From Octopus bimaculoides (taxonomy: Eukaryota), in assembly GCF_001194135.2 (NCBI RefSeq), contig NC_068998.1, positions 34,042,117 to 34,099,524 of the forward strand: 57,408 nt of DNA, written 5' to 3'. The position numbers were made by a program, and so were the translations under genes. Positions 11,530-23,405 of this stretch are shown here, piece by piece. A model generated the notes under the pieces. That model was not told the origin of the DNA. It saw only the letters and a list, made by a program, of their open reading frames with translations, and searched no databases. The number at the start of each line of letters is the position of its first letter. The stretch's first letter is position 1.

Positions 11530-11700
11530 TATATATATATATATAATGTATGATGTATGTATGACTATACATATATGCAAATGTGTATATATACATACGT
11601 AATATGTGGATATATATGAGTATGTATAGATATATATGTGCACATACATGTGTGTGTGCATGTGTATGTGGATGTGTGTAACAGACACACACATGCATAA
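11380..11700. repeat. Compound (AT)n/(ATAC/ATGT)n low-complexity tract
   Basis: Direct inspection. Confidence 0.9.
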
Positions 11701-12411
11701 TCATATATCTTACAATATCAAGCAGACTCAAAGTCTGCTTAATATTCTTTTTATCATTTTTAATCATTCCATGTAGAGAGAGAATTACTATGCCAGCCAA
11801 ACTTATATTATCCATACCATTTAACCTTCATTTATTGCTTTCATTGTATAAGTGTTCTATTTGTTCCTATTGATATTTTTTTTATTTTCATGTTCAGTAT
11901 TTGAACCTCCCTATCATGAATTTCTTTCTTTTTATCTCCCATCAGAGATTAATTCTTGTCTTTATTTATATTCCTCTTCTAAAATAAATGAACTTAACAT
12001 ATTTATCAGACTATATTCAAATGATTATTTTAAAAGCTGACTACTTTAAATACTAACGGCCAGGCATGATTGCATTGTTAAGAAGTTTATTTCATAGCCA
12101 CATAGGACTTGGTTTGATACTACTGAGTGACAATTAAAGAATGTGTCTTCTAGAAAAACCTATGGATTCTGTAGGTGGGAAATTCCTCTCCCAGTTACAG
12201 TTCTGGCTAATGTTTCTTCTGTAAAAGACAAGCTGTTAACCATGCAGGCAATTCACTATTCATACCTTTTATAATAACTAAGAGAAAAGCAAGACCAATA
12301 TTATTTGACACAAGTGTTCATGCAGGTGTTGTGTTAAAATGCTGAAGCAAGTGCAAGACATCCCATCTAGTACTCTAACTTCCATTATTCATGGCTCAGG
12401 ATTAACAATTC

Positions 12412-14273
12412 TATTATTATTATTATTATTATTCAGTAATTTTATTTTTATAGCGTGCTTTCACTTCACTACCGAGTGCAGCTCTGTGTGCCTTGGCTAT
12501 GTGCTGTGGTTTGCTGTGATGCTCTTATGGTTACTGCATTGAAAGTGTTTTGTATAAGATGTGTGCAGTGCCCAGTAGGGTAATTTTCTGTATGTTATAT
12601 ATATTTGTAAGTCCTGGTGTTTTTGTTATGTATTTGTCGATAGGAATTGTTTCTGCTTTTAGATTCCACATTCGAGTTACCTCTATTTCCAGGTCTTTCT
12701 ATTTTTAAAGTTTTCCCATTTCTTTTAGAGAGCCGTTGTCATCTGCTGGTATTGATACATCAATTAGAAAGTATTTTTTTCTTCATGATCTCTGACAACT
12801 ATATCCGGCCTATTGGCCTTAATTTCTCTGTCTGTGTATATTGGCATATCCCAGAGTATGGTTGCTTTCTCGTTTTCTGTGACCTTTTCTGGCGTGTGTT
12901 TATACCATCTTTTTTCTGTTGTTATTCCATAGTGTTGGCATAGCTTCCAGTGTATATAGGTCCCAGCTCTGTCGTGTCTGTGAATATATTCCTTCTTAGC
13001 CAGGACTGGGCAGCCAGAGATAATATGATTTANNNNNNNNNNNNNNNNNNNNNNNNNNNNNNNNNNNNNNNNNNNNNNNNNNNNNNNNNNNNNNNNNNNN
13101 NNNNNNNNNNNNNNNNNNNNNNNNNNNNNNNNNNNNNNNNNNNNNNNNNNNNNNNNNNNNNNNNNNNNNNNNNNNNNNNNNNNNNNNNNNNNNNNNNNNN
13201 NNNNNNNNNNNNNNNNNNNNNNNNNNNNNNNNNNNNNNNNNNNNNNNNNNNNNNNNNNNNNNNNNNNNNNNNNNNNNNNNNNNNNNNNNNNNNNNNNNNN
13301 NNNNNNNNNNNNNNNNNNNNNNNNNNNNNNNNNNNNNNNNNNNNNNNNNNNNNNNNNNNNNNNNNNNNNNNNNNNNNNNNNNNNNNNNNNNNNNNNNNNN
13401 NNNNNNNNNNNNNNNNNNNNNNNNNNNNNNNNNNNNNNNNNNNNNNNNNNNNNNNNNNNNNNNNNNNNNNNNNNNNNNNNNNNNNNNNNNNNNNNNNNNN
13501 NNNNNNNNNNNNNNNNNNNNNNNNNNNNNNNNNNNNNNNNNNNNNNNNNNNNNNNNNNNNNNNNNNNNNNNNNNNNNNNNNNNNNNNNNNNNNNNNNNNN
13601 NNNNNNNNNNNNNNNNNNNNNNNNNNNNNNNNNNNNNNNNNNNNNNNNNNNNNNNNNNNNNNNNNNNNNNNNNNNNNNNNNNNNNNNNNNNNNNNNNNNN
13701 NNNNNNNNNNNNNNNNNNNNNNNNNNNNNNNNNNNNNNNNNNNNNNNNNNNNNNNNNNNNNNNNNNNNNNNNNNNNNNNNNNNNNNNNNNNNNNNNNNNN
13801 NNNNNNNNNNNNNNNNNNNNNNNNNNNNNNNNNNNNNNNNNNNNNNNNNNNNNNNNNNNNNNNNNNNNNNNNNNNNNNNNNNGAGCTGTTTTCAGTATTG
13901 ATCTAAGTCATCTATAGTATTCTTTCTTCATTTTCTCTTTCATTTGTGTGTGTTGTATCATATCTAGTTCATTGATTCCTAAGTATCTGTATGTCCGGCT
14001 TTGGTCTAATTCTCTTATTTCATTGGCTTTATCTAGTGTAATGTTGCTACTCTTAACTAGTTTTCCTCTTTTCAGGGTTGCTTTGGCACATTTTTCTAAT
14101 CCAAATTTCATATCTATTTCCCTGGTAAATCCATGTACTGTCTGTAGTGGTGTTTCCAGCTGTATATCATTTGTTGCATATAGTTTTAGGTCATCCATAT
14201 ATAAAAGGTGGCTGATTGTTTTGCTGTAACATTTGTATCGGCATCCAGTTCTATTTAGTATGTCAGATAAAGG

Positions 14274-14276
<3 letters not shown>
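12412..14276 (-). mobile_element. R4/Dong-like non-LTR retrotransposon, 5'-truncated, subfamily 1 (spans the gap)
   Basis: RT motif LLYMDDLKLY...FGLEKCAKATLKRGK...YRYLGI (ORF 13908-14198), C-terminal RLE with PD motif (RPDIVVRDHEEK) near 12780-12810, 3' UTR and (TAA)n tail at 12412-12433. Confidence 0.9.
13033..13882. other. Assembly gap (850 N) inside the LINE
   Basis: N-run; both flanks align to the copy at 32580-34320. Confidence 1.
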
Positions 14277-14307
<31 letters not shown>

Positions 14308-14855
14308 TCATCTTATTTTTATCACGTGCTTTCGCTGCACTACCCACCGCAGCTCTGTGTGCTTTGGGTATCTGCTGTAGTTTGTTATGATGTTTTTATT
14401 TTTACTGTATTGAAAGTGTTTTACGTAGGATGTGTGTGGTGCCTAGTAGTACTATTTTCTCTATGTTATATATACTTGTTAGTCCTAGTGTTTTTGTTAT
14501 GTATTTGTCTGAATATTTTTTATCATACCTAATGTGCCTACTATGGTAAGAATCGTTTCTGTTTTTAGACTCCACATTCGAGTTACCTCTATTTCCAGAT
14601 CTTTGTATTTTGAAAGTTTCTCCATTTCTTTTAGAGAAACATTGTCATCTGCGGGTTTTGATACTTCGATTAGAAAGCATTTCTTTTTCTTGATGATCTC
14701 TGACAACTATATCTGGCCTATGGCCTTAATTTTTCTATCTGTGTGTATTGGCATATCTCAGAGTATGGCTGGTTTCTCATTTTCTGTGATCTATTCTGGT
14801 GTGTGCCTATGCCATCTTTTTTCTGTTGTTATTCCATAGTGTTAGCCTAGCTTTA
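14277..14855 (-). mobile_element. R4/Dong-like LINE 3' end, subfamily 1
   Basis: ORF 14497-14706 CFLIEVSKPADDNVSLKEMEKLSKYKDLEIEVTRMWSLK (RLE); same 3' UTR as the neighbouring copy; (TAA)n tail at 14277-14304. Confidence 0.9.
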
Positions 14856-15099
14856 TAAATATACGATGCCCAGTATACTCATCATGACTACCCGCCTGAT
14901 AAGGGTACACCAGGCACATGCATCACAACCACATGTAAATGGTGATCTCATATCATGATAAATAGCACGTGACCATGCAGGTGAGGCCAGTTAGAATTTT
15001 CTTCAGATTGAGTTGCCCATCCCACTTAAAAGGTCCTTGAATAAGTTTTGTTTAAGGATGTTGAAAAAAACACCCAGGTTTCCAGAAATTAATATTATG

Positions 15100-15250
15100 G
15101 TTGTTTTCACATTCTGAGTTCAAATTCTGCTGTTGTCAACTTTGCCATCCATCCTTTGGGTTGATAAAATAAGTACTAGTTGACTACTGGGGTTGATGTA
15201 AAACTTTCAGGCCTTGTGCCTTTAGCAGAAATGATTACTATTACTACTAC
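15100..15250 (+). mobile_element. SINE family C, partial
   Basis: CTGAGTTCAAATTCTGCTGTTGTCAACTTTGCC...TTGATAAAATAAGTACTAGTTG...CTGGGGTTGATGT and a (TAC)n tail. Confidence 0.75.
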
Positions 15251-15517
15251 TATACAGTGAATCAGTGATTAGCCTAAAGGTAACTTGTAACCAATAATTC
15301 TATTGTTTACTGAATGTGAAATAAAATACTTAAAATACATACTAAATCTACTATGCTTTTCTAAACATACTGGGTTTCATTAGCTCTCTTGTGGGCAGCC
15401 TATATAAAAAGGAACCTCTACTGAGCTGCTTAATTAGTAAGAAATAGTGATCATATCTCTTTGAAATTACACACTACCACCTTAATAAAGGAAAGATACA
15501 TTGAATAATATAGTTTT

Positions 15518-15643
15518 TTGTGTGTGTGTGTCCGTGTGTGTGTGTCCGTGTGTGTGTGTGTTGTGTGTGTGTGTGTGTGTGTATGTGTGTGTATCCGTGT
15601 GTATGTGTGTGTGTGTGTGTGTTGTGTGTGTGTGTCTGTGTGT

Positions 15644-15694
<51 letters not shown>

Positions 15695-15695
15695 T
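15518..15695. repeat. (GT)n microsatellite
   Basis: Direct inspection. Confidence 0.95.
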
Positions 15696-18084
15696 GCGAG
15701 CATGCATGGGCATGTAAAAAAGATTAGATAGTCGGGATTGAGACACCTTTGATTACAGATCGTTCAGCCAACATTTACTGGGTCTAAACAATAGTAACAA
15801 CAAAAAAATCCCACTTATTTGTCATATAGTCAAAGTTATATCAGGAAGGTTCAGTTTCCTTTTCAGGATTAGAAATTAACTCCACTTTATAAGATGCTAA
15901 CCATATTCCTGACGTCTAACTCCAAATAAAAACTGGCTGATTAGAAAAATCTTCACTCACCAACTACAGTCTCTTGCTTGCAAACAGTATTTTCTCTTCT
16001 TCTCTTTTTCAGCTATAGTGGCAACAGGTGTCACTCCTCTAAGTTTATTTACTGTGTAAAAATCCTGCTCATCTCTTCCCTTTTATGCTCACTAGTTTCA
16101 TACTCCTTAGATCTTGCAGTTAGCCCAAAGATTTTCCTTTCCAACATTGTATCTACTGGCAATAAAGACCTTCAGTACATTTTCTCTTAGCTGCTGACTA
16201 TGAAATGTTGAAAATTAGAATTAGCTATAACTTTAAACAAATAACAACACTTTAATAAATATATTCACCCATACTTAACTGTTGTTTCTCATGTGAATGA
16301 CATTGCTGAGAAATTAATCTCAGTGTTATTTATTTCTAAAAATATAACTTTCAACATCTTTTTTCACATCAAGTCCTACTTTGTGATTGTTTTTCCCTAT
16401 GTTTGTTGAAATGGTTAACACAACTGTAATCATTAAGCTAATATTTCTCCTCTCTTCATCACATTAATATTTCTCATTAGATATCATTACATTTTTCCTA
16501 GAAGCTTATCACTGCTTCTTAGTGCAGTGATCAACTTTATTTAATTGTTATAGCTTACCAAACTTCTTTTCATCACCATTCGAGGAAGCAAGGAAAACTT
16601 CCTATCACTCCACAAGTAAACAAAAACTTTTATTAATTTAATGTGTTATCACAGCTAGCAGTGGTCAATCAACACACTGGTATCTGTTTACAATTGGCTG
16701 AACTGTATGATACAGATGTCAGCAACAAGAAATGGCAAACTTCCACACGTCTAAGAAAGGTGAAATAAGATTGCACTTTTTTGTTAATGGCATTGATAAT
16801 AGAAATGAAGAGAAAGAGTTAATACGTTCAGGATTTGAAAGCTGGTCACAAACAGATCAGCTGTATCAGACTTGTATGTACACATCAAACTATTTGCCTC
16901 AAAGCACCTATCAAGCACAAAACAAATTTTTAAGGAAAGAGTATAACTGATCAAATGAATTTCAGAATATTACTGGTATTTTTTTTATTGACTCTTAATA
17001 TCAAAGATCATACCAACTCTTCAAATTGTAGTTAAGAATGTACAAAGTTCTTCTTAGAATGTACAAAGATCAGACCAAATACTTGAGGTGTGTCATTTCT
17101 CTCAGTACACTTCCCCAAGCTTATTAAATATATTGGTTTCTTGCACTGAGACAAAGTCTCAAATTTAGAGGGAAAGGTAAATTTGATGATATAGTGCACA
17201 GCATATAAATGGTATTTATTTCATTGATCTCAGTGGGCTGAAACTTAATAATTACCAAAAGCATTTCTAAATTCCTGAGCATATTACTTCAATGGTATTC
17301 AATATTAACTTCTTTGATTTTTAAATTAATGGTTTTTACAGTTTCCTTGGCATCTATTACTGAATTAAGCCTTTTTATGCTTCAAGATGGTGTATTTCAA
17401 TGTGTGTAGTTTACATTTCCATGATGTCATTAGCTCTCTATGCATAATAAATTGGTTAAGAAGTCAATCTTATTAGTAAAGCAGTTTCACCATCTAAAAA
17501 TACATAGACATCTTACTTATTTTCAAAGCCATTGACTATCATTACAAGATATATGAGAGAAAGTATTAATTCTAGTTTTAAATTGAGTTTCACATAGATT
17601 GTCTTCAATTACTGCCATATTTCCCTATCTTTTCCAATGAAAATATTAATCTTACTTGAAGATAAGTATAGTGGAAGGAACATGATGATTTTAACTTTGA
17701 AGTAGTCGTATTGCTATAAATTTCATCTTATCTGTCTCACAAGCCTACTTGATAATAATATGAAGAAGTAAGTCATGTTTGTAAATTCAATTTTTAACCT
17801 GATACATTACCATTGTCACTATCAACTCTATTACTGCTGTTATCATCTACGGCACCAACAGACCATCGTTATCATTATCATCATCATCATCATCATTGAA
17901 ATGAAGACAAAAATCTTGGTGGACATGTTCAATGCTTTGTTGAGCAAAATTGTATAGTTTCAGTTCAGTTCTATATAGTGTAGTTTGACAACTTTCCTGT
18001 GCAACATGACAATAGATAAGTTATTTGGTCAACAAAATAGTATAAATGAGTATTACTTGATAATATGCAAACACACAAATCAAC

Positions 18085-18312
18085 ATTAATATTGGTTTCA
18101 AATTTTGGCACAAGACCAGCAATTACAGAGGATGGGGTAATTTGATTACTTTGATCCTAGTGCTCAATTGGTGCTTATTTTACCAACTCTGAAAGAATGA
18201 AAGGCAAAGTTGATACTAGCAGCGTTTGAACTCAGAATGTAAAGTTGGAAGAAATGCCACAAAGCATTTTGTTTGGTGTGCTAACGATTCTACCAGCTTC
18301 AGAGCCTTCAAA
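18085..18312 (-). mobile_element. SINE family C, near full length
   Basis: Minus strand GCTGGTAGAATCGTTAGCACACC...CTGAGTTCAAACGCTGC...CTTTGCCTTTCATTCTTTCAGAGTTGGTAAAATAAGCACC. Confidence 0.8.
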
Positions 18313-18339
18313 TTAACAATCATAATACCATTGTATTAC

Positions 18340-18500
18340 CTCCTCCTCCTCCTCTTCTTCTTCTTCTTCTTCTTCTTCTTCCCCCTCCTCCTCCTCCTCC
18401 TCCCCACCACCACCACCCTCATCTGAATCACCATCTGAATCATCATCTGAATCACTATCTAAATCAGAATCAGAACCATCATCAGCATCTTTTCTATAGT
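18340..18500. repeat. (CCT/TTC)n plus 12-bp ATCTGAATCACC-like low-complexity tract
   Basis: Direct inspection; it encodes a D/S/E-rich stretch on the minus strand (see findings). Confidence 0.85.
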
Positions 18501-20099
18501 TTGAAATTTTGTTATGGTTCTTGTCATTTTTTCCATCATGTCTAAGTTGATTTGATACTGATGTCTCTGCATGACTTCTATTCATTGCATTTTCCAAACT
18601 CTTAATACATGAAACAAAACAATACATTATAAAATATTTCATTCAAGAATGTACTCTTACTGTCTTTTAAACTGAATTTTTATTTTAATGGAAAGTTCAT
18701 TCACAGACTGCATTGAAACTTTTATGGTAGTTTTGGAGTTACTGTGATGTTATGGACTTCAAAAATTGGCACTGTGTTTGCTTTTAATTTCTCGTTATTT
18801 CAAATTTATTATTTTGGTACTTTGAAAAATATTTTCTGTTGTCCTTTAAAAAGATTCTCGCAGTGATATACTTTGATTAGTTTATTATCTGGCATGTAGC
18901 TAGATTTTGAATCACTAATTTTGTTCTAATTTTTGGAATATTAGGAAAATTCTGTTACATCATGTCAATCATGACAATGAATTCATTCTTTATAAAAGGT
19001 TATTTCTATTTTCACTCGAAGACAATTTGTGACTTATAACTCTTTGAAACAAGTGTAGATTTGTGATCAGTGCTAAAGTCTCAATCAGATCTATGAAAGT
19101 TGGGACTCATAAAAGAAAGCATACACAATAAAGTTGCAAAGGAGAAGGGGAAACTTGTGCTCACATGATAAAATTTGATGTTAAAGCAATCGAGAAGATA
19201 GTGGTGCAGTCATCAAAGCTCATTTAAAAAGTTTTAAACATCATATGTTTAGTATAACTTCTTTTTCAACTGATAATAGAAGGAAATATTTATCAGAGAT
19301 AGGCTAGGAAAAAACAATTTTTTTTTTATGATCGGTACCAATGTATAGCCAATATTTTATGTTAGCTGTTTTATTGAATATTTAATGCAAAAGTTTATAT
19401 CACCTGTTTCATTGTATATTTGGTGTAAGAAGTTTATATCATTTATTCTGTTTGATATTTGCTGCAATGATTTGTATTGACTGTGCTATTGGTTATCTGC
19501 TTAACACTAAAAGGCAGGGACAGAAAATGAGATAATAATGAGTCTGCGATTAACATAGACATCTTTCCTGAATCCATTTTTTCTGTAAATGATTGAAACT
19601 TTCAAATTCTGTGGAAATTAATGGTAGCTGTATTAATGATCACACTTCAATCGCAGATGTAATTTGTTTGCTATTGAAATCAGATAATCTCCATTTCAAG
19701 ATTTCTTGAGTTATTAAATAACTCCTTTTTGCACTGGACCTATGCCAAACTATAATTGGAAAAATTAAAATGATCCAGCTGTTAGTAGTACATCTAAAGA
19801 GACTGAATCAATGAATAATTCCATGCCCCCATAGCCCTTTTGAACTGCTGAACTTTATGACACACATATTGATATTTTGGATATGGAATGCATTTTGTAT
19901 TCTATGTTTATAATTCTTTTATATGACAGGATTAAGAATTATCAGTTTAAATGATTTCCCTCAATATGTATGTAAGAATTCACCACTTTCAGCTGTTTTT
20001 GCTTGAATTGGTTTTCATTCTTAAAATTTTTAAATATTGTATTAAGGACAATTGTCTTTCTGTATATACAGTCAAGATTTCAGTAACACCACTGAGTAG

Positions 20100-20267
20100 A
20101 GCTAACATTGGTGTTGCTTTGCCTTTCATTCTTTTGGAGTTGATAAAATAAAGTAAGAGTCAAGTACTGGAGGTAATGTAATGGACTTACTCTCTCCTTA
20201 AATCTGATGGCCTTGTGCAAAAATTAAAAAGAACTACTACTACTACTACCACCACCACCACCACCAT

Positions 20268-20302
<35 letters not shown>

Positions 20303-20760
20303 TAAAAGGCAGCAATCAGGCCGGAGTATTTGAATGTCAAATAGAATATTTTGCAGTATTTGTATTGAATCTCTCTGCACTTCATCAGGTTCAAACCCTG
20401 CTGGCATTGACTTTTCCTTTCATCCTTTTGGTTTCAGTTAAATAAAAATAAAAAAACAATCAAGAACTGGGGTTGATGTTATCAAGTAAACCTTCCCTCA
20501 CTCCTAAATTTTGCTTGCTTAAATTAGAAACAATTATTAGAGTGATAGATCATCCAAATCCTTAGTTTGTCAGACAAACATTTCTTCCAGCTCTTTATGT
20601 ATTCAGATGCTGCCAAGGTTGACTTTGCCTTCCATTCTTTCAGGTTTGATAAAATAAATACCAGTTGAGCAGTGGGGTTGATGTAATCAACTATCACCAC
20701 AAAAAGTTACTGGTCAAAATTAGAAAGAATTATTATTATTGTCGTTGTTGTTCTTGCTGC
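20100..20760 (+). mobile_element. Three tandem SINE family C copies separated by triplet tails
   Basis: Core CTTTGCCTTTCATTCTTT...TTGATAAAATAA...CTGG(A/G)GG recurs at about 20115, 20410 and 20620; (TAC/CAC)n at 20232-20300 and (TTA/TTG)n at about 20730. Confidence 0.75.
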
Positions 20761-21192
20761 TGTTTTTGACACACTCAGCTTGCTAGAAGTGTCATTAATC
20801 TACCAGCTATTCATTTCTCATGAATCAAGGTGGCATATTCTTTGCAAGCCTCAAGGGCCTTGTGGAAACTCCTTGCGCTAATAAGTAATGCTGTTTTCTG
20901 TATGTGCTCTATTTTCATTTTTATACCTATTTTCCCTCATTATACCTAGGGCATCTTCAATTATTAACATAATAAACACTCTTTCATGGACCATCGCATT
21001 TTGATTTCTATCTTCAGAGTTCCAGATCTTGTCAGTTTTTCTCTTTCTTTTTTGATGTTTCTGTCAGTGGCCTGAGAACGAAATTTGCTAAGTGGGTACA
21101 AACCCAGGTCCCAATTTTTTAATGGAAAATGTGAATATTTTTCAATATTAATATCAAAACAAATGCGAGTATAATAATAAATTTTATTGTTA

Positions 21193-21656
21193 TGGGGGGG
21201 GGGGCTGAAATGTTCGTAGGCTGAGCAAGACACTCTCTTGGAATGTGACCAAATGAAGTTCATTTTTTAATATAGTTCCTCTTATTGTCCACACACTTCC
21301 ATTAGTGTTGCAATGCTTGGAGAGCATTGATGAAGAAGCTATCTTATTGGCCAAAAAAGTCATCAACAGCAGATAAGATGCAATACCAGCACCCTGCTAG
21401 ATGTTTTTCCATGTTGGGAAATAGATGATAATCAAATGGAACCAAATCACTAAAACAGGGAGGGTGATCAACCAGTTCAAAGCTAGTCACACACAGCCAT
21501 TGAAACCAAGGACTTGTTTTGCTGAAGCATTTGTCCTAATGAAAGAAGACCTCCTTCATCAGTTTTTCTGGGCGTTTGGTCTTGATAGTCTTTCGTAAGT
21601 GCCCGGACAATTTGGCATAGAACTCCCATTGATGGTGTGATCATTTTCAAGTGGTT
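21193..21656 (-). mobile_element. Mariner (Tc1/mariner) transposase 3' remnant with one TIR
   Basis: Minus strand reads LRKTIKTKRPEKLMKEVFFH*DK, FELVDHPPCFSDLVPFDYHLFPNMEKHLAG (YSPDLAP-DY-like motif) and a C-terminal KCVDNKGNYIKK-like segment. TIR-like GGGGGCTGAAATGTTCGTAGGCTG is preceded by TA. Confidence 0.85.
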
Positions 21657-21833
21657 ATGGTAGTAGCATGGTAATGATGATGATAATGGGTCAGTTGTGG
21701 TATTCAGAGAAAATCAAGAATGTAGATAGCTGGACAGTGAATGGCTTTTCATTGTGGACTTTAATAAGTCATCAGTTGTGCTAATTCAAAGGAGTGGCCA
21801 TGGCTGCTGATCATGTTGTTGTTGTTGTTGCTG

Positions 21834-22172
21834 CTCCTGACTGGCTGCCATGCTGGTGACATGTAAAAAGCACCATCCAAACATGGCTGATACCAGTGTC
21901 TCCTGACTGGTTCCCATGCCGATGGCACATAAAAAGCACTATTTGAACGTGACCAATGCCAGGCCCACCAAACTGGTTCCTGTGCTGGTAGCATGTAAAA
22001 AGCACCCACTACATTCTCGGAGTGGCTAGCATTAGGAAGGGCATCCAGACTTAGAAATATCGCCATATCAGACTGGAGCCTGGTGCTTCCAGACTTCAGT
22101 CAAACCATCTAACCCATGCCAGCATGGAAGACGGACATTAAATGATGATAATGATGATGATGATGATGATGA

Positions 22173-22176
<4 letters not shown>
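21834..22176 (+). mobile_element. Family D retroposon 3' part: 66-bp internal repeats plus RTE-type tail with (GAT)n
   Basis: AAAAAGCAC recurs at 21865, 21931 and 21997 (period 66); tail AGGAAGGGCATCC...CCATGCCAGCATGGAAGACGGACATTAAATGATGAT; inverted homolog at 34641-35005. Confidence 0.8.
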
Positions 22177-22219
<43 letters not shown>

Positions 22220-22510
22220 ATTTTGATGTTGACGATGCATTAGATCAGTCTTATATCTTTCTAGAAAACTCCCTTCAGAATTTTATAACCAGCTTCATCA
22301 GTAAACGTTTTGGACTTTTTAATATTTATTTTTGTCCTTTGCTCTTGTTTTGAGAAGAAACCTAACTTCAAGTAATATTTTAGAGATCAATTTTTAGATA
22401 CTATTTTCTAAACTTGGTAAAGAATGTTGGGGGAGTTAAAATTTTGAGTTTTCACCCCCAAAAACTTTAGGGGGTGTAAGTGCACCACCTGCCCCCATGT
22501 TCCTAGGCCC

Positions 22511-22985
22511 TTGGATTCTGTTGTCCCTTAGGCACATGTTGTTTATGATAAGGGATGTCTTTTCTTCCTTGTCTACCAGCACTTTATTAGGTGTCCAATG
22601 TTTTGATTCCATCATCACACTAGATTACAAAATATCAAAGTATTTTTGCTGTGTCATTTTCTACTAAACCCTTTCACTCATGTTCACACCACTTTCTTGC
22701 ACAAACTTGTTACATAGTTCCCAGAAAATAAGTCTGACATTGTTATGCCTTCTCTTGTATTCTCCCTGGGCCACATTGATGCATTTACTTAGAATATGTC
22801 ACACTTTCTCTCCAGTTTCACTACACATTCTGTATTTGGGAGATTCTGCAGAATGGTCAATGATTCTGTGCTTGATATAGTTTGTTCTCAACACTGGTCC
22901 TTGTGCTGTGAATATCAAGGTGTCTGCTTGAGGTTTCAGGTTATCTTTTTGTGATCAAATCCATCTCTAATCTGGATCTGTTCCT
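22511..22985 (-). mobile_element. Older R4/Dong-like LINE fragment (zinc knuckle to RLE)
   Basis: Minus strand LKPQADTLIFTAQGPVLRTNYIKHRI...SPKYRMCSETGEKV*HILSKCINVAQGEYKRRHNNV, then VLVDKEEKTSLIINNMCLRDNRI. Confidence 0.75.
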
Positions 22986-23061
22986 GGGTATCTTTCTCAA
23001 GAACTGGCCATGCATCTCCTTATCTTTCCAATAGTTTTCCCTCTAAATTTCTGCCCATTTT

Positions 23062-23405
23062 TATATGTATGTAAATATGTCCGCATGTGTGTTTGTGTGT
23101 GTGTGTACCCTTGTCTTGATATCAGGTGATGTCTGTAAGTGAGTTTCACCATCATATAAGCAATGTCATTCATTTCTAGCTTTATGCGAAAAACATTTCT
23201 GGCCATGAGGAAAATATTACTTTGCTTTGAAACAGGTGAGAAAGGGCTTCCAGCTGTAGAAAATCTGCCTCAACAAATTCCATATGAGGCATGCAAGCAT
23301 AGAAAAGTGGATGTTAAATGATGATGGTGGTGATGATGGTGGTGATGATGATGGTGATGATGATAATGATGATGGTGGTGGCGGTGGTGATGATGATGAA
23401 GATGG
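23062..23405 (+). mobile_element. SINE 3' half with RTE-type (GAT)n tail
   Basis: GT-rich microsatellite, then a unique segment, then GGGCTTCCAGCTGTAGAAAATCTG...GCATGCAAGCATAGAAAAGTGGATGTTAAATGATGATG, which matches the family D tail. Confidence 0.65.
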
